A DNA stretch of 62,955 nucleotides from Planctomycetota bacterium (GTDB lineage: Bacteria; Planctomycetota; Phycisphaerae; Phycisphaerales; UBA1924). A program made the position numbers and the translations under genes. The stretch covers positions 1-62,955 of the forward strand of contig JADFOF010000001.1 of the NCBI GenBank assembly GCA_022563015.1, given 5' to 3'. Under the pieces are notes generated by a model. The model had not been told where the DNA came from. It worked only from the letters and a program-made list of their open reading frames with translations, and made no database searches. Within the stretch, counting starts at the first letter, position 1; every line of letters begins with the position of its first letter. Below, in pieces: positions 34,215 to 42,031 of the stretch.

Positions 34215-36421
34215 CGGTGCAGCCTCGCGTCCAGATACTGGGTGCCTCTGCGGAAGAGCTGCGCGGCGAGCGGCTCGCGGGCCAGGCCGAACCGCACCCG
34301 CGCACGCACACCCGGCTGGGCGCTCGAAACAGGATTGTCAGTGCTTTCGTCGGCCTCGATCTCGATGAGCCAGTGCGTCTCCATCGCCACGAGTCGCCCG
34401 GACTGCGACGGCTCGACAGCGATCGAACCCGCGGTCAGCCTCGCGTACGCTGGGTTCTGCAGGTCGCGCGTGCCCATCGTCGCGCGGCTGGTGATCGTTC
34501 CGGGAACGCTCTGTCCGGCATGACCCCGCACGCGCACCGTGACGCTTGGGCTAGGCTCCGCGCCCGCGAGGATGTGCGCATAGCTGCGGTCAGGCACGAG
34601 CGCCCGCACCACCAGTTCCGGGCTGGATACGAATCCGATGAGCGCGCCGTGCGGCAGGTATCGGCCGACGATGTTGTCGAAGTCGACCGCCGTGCCGTCC
34701 GACGGCGCGACAACGCCCGATATCGGCGCCCGCAGCACCAGCGCGTCCAGGCGCTGTGCCACGCGATCGTATTGGAGCTGGAGCTGCTGGCGCGCCGCCA
34801 GGGCGACCTCGAAGTCCAGCGCCGGGCCGGACATCGCCTCATCGACCTGACGCTGCGCCCGATCCAGCTGCGCGCCAAGGCGAGCGGCCTCGGCCTGGAG
34901 CTCGGGGCTCTGAAGCGTGACCACTGGATCTCCCTTGGCGACGTGCTGGCCCGCTCGGGCCACTATGCTCCGCACAAACCCGGACTCGCCCGCCCGGAGC
35001 GGCGCGGCGTGCTTAGCCTCGACGATCGCGGGCGCATACTCGGCCGACGACACCGGCACCAGGCCCAGCCCGACCAGCGGTATCCCCACCGCGGTCATCG
35101 ACACCAGGCACGCCCGCCCGCGCCGTCCGAGCAGTTTCGGCGACGACGCGAGATACCCGATCACCTTCAGCACCGGCCACACCAGCCACATCGCGGCCAT
35201 CATGCCGCCCAGCAACAACCCGAAGGCGGCGTAACGATCCATGATCAGCAGCACGATCGAGAGGCCGATGAAGATCCGGTACGGCGTGGATAAGAGGCCG
35301 AACACGGTGAGCACCGTCGCCTCGGTCCGATCGCGCACGCGCGGCGGCTGGCTGCTCTTGAGCCCGAACATGTAACGCTCGATGAGAAATCGGAGGAGAT
35401 CGCGGCTTCGTTGCGACAGGTTCGGCGAGCCGACCAGATCCGACAGAATGTAGTACCCGTCGTAGCGAAGCAGCGGGTTGAGATTGAAGAGCAACGTCGA
35501 CACGCCCGAGATGATCATCACCTGGTACGCGATTCCAACGAGCGTGGGCGACACAGCCGGGTCGGCCAGCGCCCAGTAGATGCCGGCGATCGCAGCCACG
35601 AGCGACTCAACGATCACCCCGGCTGCGGACACGAGCACGCGGGGCCGGATCCGCGCGAAGCGCCACGCCGTGGTGGCGTCGCAGTAGGGCAGCGGCAATA
35701 CACCGGCGATCATGATGACTCCGATCTCCGTGCTGCGCCCGCCCATCGCCTTGCACGCCGCGGCGTGTCCCATCTCGTGGATCGCTCGAAGCACGAGGAA
35801 CACGGCGCCCATCGCCGCCATGCCGCGCGGATCGAGCGCGAGCAGGCCCGCAAACTCGTCGCCGAAACGACCCGCGCTGCGGATCAGCAGATACGCCGCG
35901 ACAGACATCGTCACCAACCAGACCAGGGCGCCCCACCGCGAGAAGATCAGCTCGACAACCCGCCTGTGCCGATCGAGGAACGGCTCCGGGTTATACAGCG
36001 GGATGTTCCAGAAGACCCACATCCCGGTGCGTCGCTTGACGCGCGTCTCTCTCGCTTTCAGCTTGCGTTCCAGCACCATATCCGCGGCGAGTTCGTTGTC
36101 GCCCAGGAGCAATCCGAACAGTTGAAGTTGAGAGAGCAGCTGGACACACTCGCGCTGGGTCGGCGCTTCGTCGCCGAGTTGTGCATTGCACGCGTTCCAC
36201 GCGTCGTCGACGGTCCGACGCCCATCGAGCAGGCCGACAAAGAAGTACGCCGACTCGCTCAGCCGGTAATACTGCCCGCTGGCCGGATCCTCGACGATGT
36301 ACGCGATCGTCGGGCCGTACCGCTGGCGAATGATATTGGCGTGCGGCGTCAGCCTCGGGCGGGACTCCGCCACGCGGTACCAGATGTCGCTGAACGTGGC
36401 TCCGACTTCTTCCCAGGGCAC
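34211..36421 (-). CDS. fusion protein: PqqD-like N-domain, M50 (site-2-protease-like) membrane metalloprotease, and HlyD-type periplasmic adaptor
   Basis: HEMGH encoded at 35765-35779, NLNPLLRYDGYY third-ligand motif, N-terminal YYRLSESAYFFVGLLDGRRTVDDAW (PqqD/RRE-like). C-terminal lipoyl, coiled-coil and beta-barrel MFP-like region. Confidence 0.8.
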   Translation of the reverse strand: MPWEEVGATFSDIWYRVAESRPRLTPHANIIRQRYGPTIAYIVEDPASGQYYRLSESAYFFVGLLDGRRTVDDAWNACNAQLGDEAPTQRECVQLLSQLQLFGLLLGDNELAADMVLERKLKARETRVKRRTGMWVFWNIPLYNPEPFLDRHRRVVELIFSRWGALVWLVTMSVAAYLLIRSAGRFGDEFAGLLALDPRGMAAMGAVFLVLRAIHEMGHAAACKAMGGRSTEIGVIMIAGVLPLPYCDATTAWRFARIRPRVLVSAAGVIVESLVAAIAGIYWALADPAVSPTLVGIAYQVMIISGVSTLLFNLNPLLRYDGYYILSDLVGSPNLSQRSRDLLRFLIERYMFGLKSSQPPRVRDRTEATVLTVFGLLSTPYRIFIGLSIVLLIMDRYAAFGLLLGGMMAAMWLVWPVLKVIGYLASSPKLLGRRGRACLVSMTAVGIPLVGLGLVPVSSAEYAPAIVEAKHAAPLRAGESGFVRSIVARAGQHVAKGDPVVTLQSPELQAEAARLGAQLDRAQRQVDEAMSGPALDFEVALAARQQLQLQYDRVAQRLDALVLRAPISGVVAPSDGTAVDFDNIVGRYLPHGALIGFVSSPELVVRALVPDRSYAHILAGAEPSPSVTVRVRGHAGQSVPGTITSRATMGTRDLQNPAYARLTAGSIAVEPSQSGRLVAMETHWLIEIEADESTDNPVSSAQPGVRARVRFGLAREPLAAQLFRRGTQYLDARLHR

Positions 36422-36455
36422 GTTTCGTTCCTCACTGCGTTCCCGGCGGTCACAC

Positions 36456-38408
36456 TCACACCCAAAGCCACATGCGCAGCCTGTCGATGATCGGCCGAAA
36501 AATCGTGCTCAAAGGCGATCGACGCACCATCGATCCGTCCCGCTCGACGCCGAGCTTCACCGACGCGCTCATGCCCGGCGACAGAGCCACGCCCGCGGGA
36601 ATGGTCAGGATCTCGGCCTCGACCTTGTACACGTTGGCCCCTTCGACCGGCTCGGCGACCGGGCTGATGTGCGAGACGCGCACGCGGATCTTCGCACCCG
36701 GGCTCCCCTTGAGGACCATCGTGCCGGTCTGGCCGATCCGCACGTCCGTGATGTCCCGCTCATCGACATCAATGGCGGCGATGTTCTCGCTGCCGACGAT
36801 AATGAACAGCGGCGTCGTCGGCTCGACCCGCGCGCCCACCAGCGCTTCAAGATCGCCCTGCGCAACCGTTCCCGTGAACGGGGCCCGGATCAGGGCGTGC
36901 TCCAGCCGATACGTGACGATTCCCAGCCTCTGTTCGAGCGCCGCGATGTCATCAGACAGCGACTCGGCCTTGGCCTGCTGGCCGGCGCGCAGTGCGTCGT
37001 CGCGTTCGGTTCTGTACCGTTGCCGCTCCGCTTCCAGCCGGGCATGCTCATAGGTCAACTCCTGCGTATCAAGCGCGGCGAGCGGGTCGCCCTGTTCCAC
37101 CTCATCCCCGGGGCGCACATACACCTCAGCGAGGTGGCCCTCGAACGGGGGCACAATGGTGCGAGACAGAAGCGCCTTGATCTCAGCCGTCGCCGATATC
37201 TGCTGGGGAAGCCACGGGATCGAGCCCACCACGAGCGCGATGGCTGCGGCCATTCCGAGCAGTTTCTTGCCCGTGTGCCGCGGTCCAACGATCGCTCGGC
37301 ACAGATCCATCGTGCGGTCGCGCGTCACTGCCAGCACGCCGCGATCCGCCATGCGCCGTGTCCACAGGGCCGGGCCGATGAACTCGGCAACCAGCCGCAG
37401 CAAGGTCGCGGATCCGGGCGGGAAGGGGTTGTCCGCCGGGCGCTCGAGCACGACTACCCCGACCAGATCGCCCTCGACGCGCAGCGGAAGACTCAGTATG
37501 CTCGACGGACCGAACTGCGCGCTCAGCTTCTCATGCGCCCGCGTCACGCGGCGATCGGCCGGGTTCAGTTCGCTTTCAGGCGGCGGCGGGAAGATCACCT
37601 CGATGTCCTGATCGGCGCACTCGTCCATGGCGTTCTCGATCCCCCCGACCGCGACGCCGCGACGATCGAGGTGGTCCACGCCGCTGAGCGCCGTCAGGCG
37701 GATCTGTTCGCCGCGGATCAATCCAATCGAGACGCGCGAGCACCCGAACCGCCGCTGAAGCTCGTGGCACATGAGCGAGCCCATCACCTCGGCGTTGCTT
37801 CCTTGCTGCGAGGCGTCGAGCAGCTCGAGGGTTTCGCGCAGCCGGATCCTCTGCTCCGTCTCGCTCATCGCGCGCTGGCGCCACAGGAAGGATTCGAGGC
37901 GCGCGGTGGTTAGTTCGAGTCGGCTCAGCGCCTCTTGCGGCGACACCGTGCTCTCGTTGGGTTGAATGAGGATGAACGCGCCCTCGGTCCGTCCTTCCGC
38001 CACGATCGGGCATGCGAGCGCGCGGTGCGTCGGTTTCGCGTCGTACATCGCCGATTCGGTCAGGCGGATCGGATGCACGTCGCCGCCCTCGGCTCCCGCC
38101 GCCACATCGCGCCCGATGCGTTCGATGAGCGACCGGATTCTCCCGTTGGGAGCGAGCGCCGCGTGCAGTGGCTGCGCCGCCGGGTCGTCCATCACAAAGA
38201 TGGCCGCGATGCCCCCTTGACGGGTCTCGGTGCCGAGCAGCACGACCACGCCCCCGATCGCCCCGACGAGACCGCTCTGGTATTCGAGCAGGGACTGGAG
38301 GAAGACCCGCAGGTCGGCCATCGGGTCCGAGGGCGCGGCCCGGCCAGCGGCTAATTCACCGGCCGGGAACCTCGCTTCGGTCGCTTCGCTCGGCTTGGCG
38401 GTGCTCAT
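36456..38408 (-). CDS. tandem GAF domains, TM, and HlyD-type membrane-fusion protein
   Basis: Two cytoplasmic GAF-like regions, TM LLGMAAAIALVVGSIPWL, then an HlyD-like lipoyl/coiled-coil/barrel region (GDPLAALDT...IRAPFTGTV). Confidence 0.75.
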   Translation of the reverse strand: MSTAKPSEATEARFPAGELAAGRAAPSDPMADLRVFLQSLLEYQSGLVGAIGGVVVLLGTETRQGGIAAIFVMDDPAAQPLHAALAPNGRIRSLIERIGRDVAAGAEGGDVHPIRLTESAMYDAKPTHRALACPIVAEGRTEGAFILIQPNESTVSPQEALSRLELTTARLESFLWRQRAMSETEQRIRLRETLELLDASQQGSNAEVMGSLMCHELQRRFGCSRVSIGLIRGEQIRLTALSGVDHLDRRGVAVGGIENAMDECADQDIEVIFPPPPESELNPADRRVTRAHEKLSAQFGPSSILSLPLRVEGDLVGVVVLERPADNPFPPGSATLLRLVAEFIGPALWTRRMADRGVLAVTRDRTMDLCRAIVGPRHTGKKLLGMAAAIALVVGSIPWLPQQISATAEIKALLSRTIVPPFEGHLAEVYVRPGDEVEQGDPLAALDTQELTYEHARLEAERQRYRTERDDALRAGQQAKAESLSDDIAALEQRLGIVTYRLEHALIRAPFTGTVAQGDLEALVGARVEPTTPLFIIVGSENIAAIDVDERDITDVRIGQTGTMVLKGSPGAKIRVRVSHISPVAEPVEGANVYKVEAEILTIPAGVALSPGMSASVKLGVERDGSMVRRSPLSTIFRPIIDRLRMWLWV

Positions 38409-38469
38409 CGACGGGTGCTACCGACCTCCCACTGATCGAAGCCTGTTCAACCGTGTGTCGAACAGCCGC

Positions 38470-38811
38470 TCAGTCGGCCAGCTTCGGCCCGTCACTCTCC
38501 TCGGCGGGCTGACTCGGGCCGGGCAGGCGGATCTCACCGTTGCGCTCCTCATATTGGCGGACCACCTGCCCCAGCGTGATCGCCAGTCGCTTGGCCCCCC
38601 CCCAGTTCATGATGATGCGGCTGCCGACGTTGAACATCAGGGCGGCCTGATTGTCCGGCCCCTGCACCGGCAGGTTCATACCGAAGTCCATGACGACCTC
38701 GTCCGTCGTGGTTGACGTACGGATCGTGTTCGCATACGTCGAAACCATCTTCGATTCGTCGATGCGGAGCTGGATCTGCTGGGTCTTCGGCTGGTCCTGG
38801 TTCTCGGCCAT
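38470..38811 (-). CDS. DUF3467-family small protein
   Basis: 113 aa. YANTIRTSTTTDEVVMDFG core resembles the DUF3467 signature as I recall it. AGGGGA Shine-Dalgarno upstream. First gene of the operon. Confidence 0.65.
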   Translation of the reverse strand: MAENQDQPKTQQIQLRIDESKMVSTYANTIRTSTTTDEVVMDFGMNLPVQGPDNQAALMFNVGSRIIMNWGGAKRLAITLGQVVRQYEERNGEIRLPGPSQPAEESDGPKLAD

Positions 38812-38939
38812 GGTGGCGTCCCCTGTTGGCTTGGTCGGTCCCGTGCAGACCGATGCGGTTGATCTCTATGCGTGAGGCAGTGTGCCCAAGCCGGGATCGC
38901 GCCCGGCCCGGCGGAAGCACAGCTTAGCCACGCCCCATG

Positions 38940-38984
38940 ACGGATCCACACCAATGCACACGGATCCACTTCGGCACCGGATCC
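38940..38984. promoter_or_regulatory. direct repeats ACGGATCCAC x2 (20-bp phase) plus a third CGGATCC, upstream of the DUF3467 operon
   Basis: ACGGATCCAC at 38940-38949 and 38960-38969, CGGATCC at 38978-38984. Located 130-175 nt upstream of the start at 38811. Confidence 0.35.
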
Positions 38985-39155
38985 CCGCTCCGGCGGACAC
39001 GGCACGTCCTTCGACGCCGGCCCTTGCTCCTGCCGGGGATGGCGAGGCGACAGGAGGGCCCACGGGAGCCCCGCTCGCACGTTCCATACGCTTCTCGTTC
39101 GGCCTCGGTTCCGGGTCGCAAAGCCTGCCCGTCGCCGATCTCGCGTGTGGCGGCG

Positions 39156-39965
39156 CTACCGGGCGGGCACCACGCGCTCAGTCGGCGCCATGCCCGGCGG
39201 GGGCAGACGCAGGTACCGCGTCAGCACCCGGACGCCGATGTAGAACGGGATCGTGTCAACCAGCGCCACGATCAGCTTGAACACGTATCCCGTCGCGACG
39301 AGCGCGAGCACCAACAAGAGTGTCTTGTCGCCGCTGGCCAGATCGGCCGCGAACGTGATGAAGATCACCGCGACCGTGTCCACGAACTGGCTGACCAGCG
39401 TGGAGCCGTTGTTCCGCAGCCACAGATGCCTGCCACCCGTCAGGTTCTTCCAGAAGTGAAAGAGCTGGACATCGATGAGCTGCGCGGCCATGTAGGCGAT
39501 CATGGAGGCGAGGACGGCTTTCATCGCCAGATCCTTGACCTGGAAGAACGTCTCGCCGTCGTTGGGACTGAACCCCGGATCGAAGCCCGGCCAAGCCCCT
39601 CCGAGCCACAGAATGAATACAACCCAGACGTTGAGCACCAGTCCGATGAACACGACGAAATTCGCTCGCCTTCTGCCGAACAGTTCCGAAATGAAGTCCG
39701 TGCAGAGGAAGGTGACGGGGTACGGCAGCACGCCCACCGCGATCGCCAGCGGGTACTTCCACTCGCTCGAACCCTCGATGAAGAACGCCAGGTTCAGGAA
39801 CCGGGTGATGCCCAGGATGTTGAGCATGGTCAGCGAGCCGAGGAACAGCCCCGCGAACAGCACAAACACTCGCTCGCGTCGGTCGTGCAGCTGACGCGGC
39901 GTCAACACCGGCAGGTCGGTGTATCGGTGCTGGTCTGTCGGCAGTGGGGCGTGGTCGGACGACAT
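39156..39965 (-). CDS. yhhQ: queuosine-precursor transporter (YhhQ/DUF165 family)
   Basis: Polytopic membrane protein with YPVTFLCTDFISELFGRRRAN, the conserved YhhQ-family motif. Confidence 0.8.
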   Translation of the reverse strand: MSSDHAPLPTDQHRYTDLPVLTPRQLHDRRERVFVLFAGLFLGSLTMLNILGITRFLNLAFFIEGSSEWKYPLAIAVGVLPYPVTFLCTDFISELFGRRRANFVVFIGLVLNVWVVFILWLGGAWPGFDPGFSPNDGETFFQVKDLAMKAVLASMIAYMAAQLIDVQLFHFWKNLTGGRHLWLRNNGSTLVSQFVDTVAVIFITFAADLASGDKTLLLVLALVATGYVFKLIVALVDTIPFYIGVRVLTRYLRLPPPGMAPTERVVPAR

Positions 39966-40086
39966 GAGTGCCTGGGACTCCTCACCGCCGGCTGGCGTGC
40001 CACCCGCGGATCCGCTGGGCGTGACGACACGAAGACCTCTTGGGCGGCAATATACCGTTCAATGGCCCGGGGTGGTAGCATCACGC

Positions 40087-40713
40087 ATGGACGTTCAGAC
40101 CCACCAGAGAGAATCCACCACGCCGCACGCCTCGGTCACGGACCAGGCGGGCCTCTCGTGCGAGCCCACCCGCACGACCCCGGCCGATCTGGCGCCTTCG
40201 ATCGAGGCGGTCCTGCTCACGCTCGAGCGGCCGATCTCCGCCCTCAGGCTCGCCGAGGCGCTCCATGTCGCCTCGGAGGAGGCTCCGGGCGCCACGTGTA
40301 TCGAGCGGGCGATCAAGGACCTCAACGAGCAGTACGCCCGGAATGGTCGCTCGTTTCGAATCGAGAAGGTGGCCGGGGGCTTCCGGGTGATGACGCTGGC
40401 CCAGTTCGCTCCCGTGATCGCAGCGTTTCACGCCTCGCGCACGCAGACGAAACTCTCCCGCGCCGCGATCGAGACCCTGTCCGTCGTCGCCTACAGGCAG
40501 CCGATCACCCGCGCGGACCTCGAGGCCATCAGGGGAGTCTCGTGCGGCGACGTGCTCCGCTCGCTGATCGAGCGGCGACTGGTGACCATCACCGGGCGGG
40601 CGGAGGAGCTGGGCCGACCGATGCTGTACGGCACGACGAAGTCATTCCTGGATCTGTTCGGGCTGGCATCCACGAAGGATCTGCCGCCCGTCGCGGAGTT
40701 TCTCGGCTCATGA
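40087..40713 (+). CDS. scpB: segregation and condensation protein B
   Basis: IEAVLLTLERPIS..., LSRAAIETLSVVAYRQPITRADLEAIRGV..., GRPMLYGTTKSFLDLFGL. ATG at 40087 chosen to avoid overlap with yhhQ. Confidence 0.85.
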   Translation: MDVQTHQRESTTPHASVTDQAGLSCEPTRTTPADLAPSIEAVLLTLERPISALRLAEALHVASEEAPGATCIERAIKDLNEQYARNGRSFRIEKVAGGFRVMTLAQFAPVIAAFHASRTQTKLSRAAIETLSVVAYRQPITRADLEAIRGVSCGDVLRSLIERRLVTITGRAEELGRPMLYGTTKSFLDLFGLASTKDLPPVAEFLGS

Positions 40714-40765
40714 CGCTCGCGCTGCACGATCGTCACGCCCGACGCCGGCGAGCGAGACGCCCGTC

Positions 40766-42031
40766 GTGGCCGAGATGACCAGCCCCGCATTGAGCAAGAG
40801 GGTCAAGCTGGCCCGGCAGTACCACTTCGTCTCCGGCGGCGTGCTGTATGTCGCGGTCACCACGCTGCTCATGCTCGGGGCGTTGAACAGCCAGAACAAC
40901 CTGTTGTTCGCGGCGTTGGGGATCGCGATGGCGGGGCTTGTCGTGTCCGGCGTGCTGAGTGGCGCGGCCCTGCTGGGCGTCCGGGTCGAGCGTGTGTCGG
41001 TGTCCGATGCGGGCGTGGGGCGGCCGATGACCATCCGATACACGGTCCGAAACGTGAATCGTGTTGTTCCCGCGTTCGCCCTGATCGTCGAGGAAGTGCA
41101 CACGAAGTCGTCGACCTGGAATCGCCATCTGTCGCAGCCGCGCGCGTTCGTCGCCCACGTCGGTCCCGGGCAGGAGGTCGAGTGTGAAGCCGTCGTCTGG
41201 CCGTCCACACGCGGGACGCCCGTGTTCGACGCGGTCCGCGTCTGGTCATCGTTCCCGTTCGGGATCGCCAAGAAATCCGTCACTCAGCGGACGCGCTGGG
41301 ACCGGACGGTGGTGCGGCCGCTCGTTCTTCCCATGCGCGACGCGCTGCTCCAGCGGCCGAGTGGTTCGACCGAGGCGGGCTTGCGTTCGTCGCGCAGGCC
41401 GGGCAGCGGCGACGAGTTCTTCGGCTTGCGCGAGTTCGTCCCGGGCGACCAGCTTCGGCACATCGCGTGGCGGGCCACGGCGCGGACGGGAAAGGTGCTC
41501 GTCACCCAGTCCGCCTCGCCGGTGCCGGATCGATTATGGGTGATTCTCAGGCTCGACGCCTCCAGCGAGTTCCGCGCGTCCAACGAGAGGGCGATCGCGT
41601 TGGCAGCCAGCATCGCAAGTCGGGCCGGACGCGACGCCACGATGGTCGGCCTGGAAGCACCGCTGGTCGGGCTGTCCATCCCACCCGGCGCCGGTTGCCG
41701 CGCGGTGGATCGACTCCTGGACGCACTCGGTCGGCTTAGCCCGTCGGCGACGGTGGGGGGGAGCGGCTCTGTCGTATCCACGGCGGTTGGACCGCGCGAC
41801 AACGCGATCGTCGTGCACGCGGGAGAGGTCGATTCCGCGTTCGGCCCGCGACACGCCCGGCACATCAGCTCCGACGAGATCGAGCAGTGGGTTTCGGACA
41901 AAGACACGATCCAGCTGCTCGAGCAGCTCGCCGGCGGGCAACCGGCGGCCACTCGTCCCGTCGTGCTCGCCCGCCGCTTCGAAGCGTGGGCGGCTGCGCT
42001 TCTTACGGGGAACCAGGAGCGCGTCGCGTGA
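40766..42031 (+). CDS. DUF58-domain protein (vWA-like, MoxR-system-associated family)
   Basis: Two N-terminal TM segments and GSGDEFFGLREFVPGDQLRHIAWRATAR, the DUF58 signature. Confidence 0.8.
   Translation: MAEMTSPALSKRVKLARQYHFVSGGVLYVAVTTLLMLGALNSQNNLLFAALGIAMAGLVVSGVLSGAALLGVRVERVSVSDAGVGRPMTIRYTVRNVNRVVPAFALIVEEVHTKSSTWNRHLSQPRAFVAHVGPGQEVECEAVVWPSTRGTPVFDAVRVWSSFPFGIAKKSVTQRTRWDRTVVRPLVLPMRDALLQRPSGSTEAGLRSSRRPGSGDEFFGLREFVPGDQLRHIAWRATARTGKVLVTQSASPVPDRLWVILRLDASSEFRASNERAIALAASIASRAGRDATMVGLEAPLVGLSIPPGAGCRAVDRLLDALGRLSPSATVGGSGSVVSTAVGPRDNAIVVHAGEVDSAFGPRHARHISSDEIEQWVSDKDTIQLLEQLAGGQPAATRPVVLARRFEAWAAALLTGNQERVA

Noticed and set aside
38866-39087. 73-aa minus-strand ORF (three Cys) upstream of the DUF3467 gene as a candidate precursor peptide for the M50/PqqD-like protein
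   Set aside because: Its Gly/Ala/Pro/Arg-rich composition is what random frames give at this GC content. There is no clear ribosome-binding site and no leader/core organisation. It is kept only as something ribosome profiling could test.
39966-40086. Possible preQ1 riboswitch in the 121-nt leader of the queuosine-precursor transporter gene yhhQ
   Set aside because: Reading the minus strand, I could not find the preQ1-I/II/III conserved cores or a convincing pseudoknot. Only an Infernal scan could settle it, so it is not reported as a feature.
38937-40778. 613-aa plus-strand ORF spanning the yhhQ region and scpB
   Set aside because: It runs antisense through yhhQ and out of frame through scpB, with a featureless Arg/Gly/Pro-rich translation. 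yhhQ (minus) and scpB (a different plus frame, 40087..40713) explain the region.
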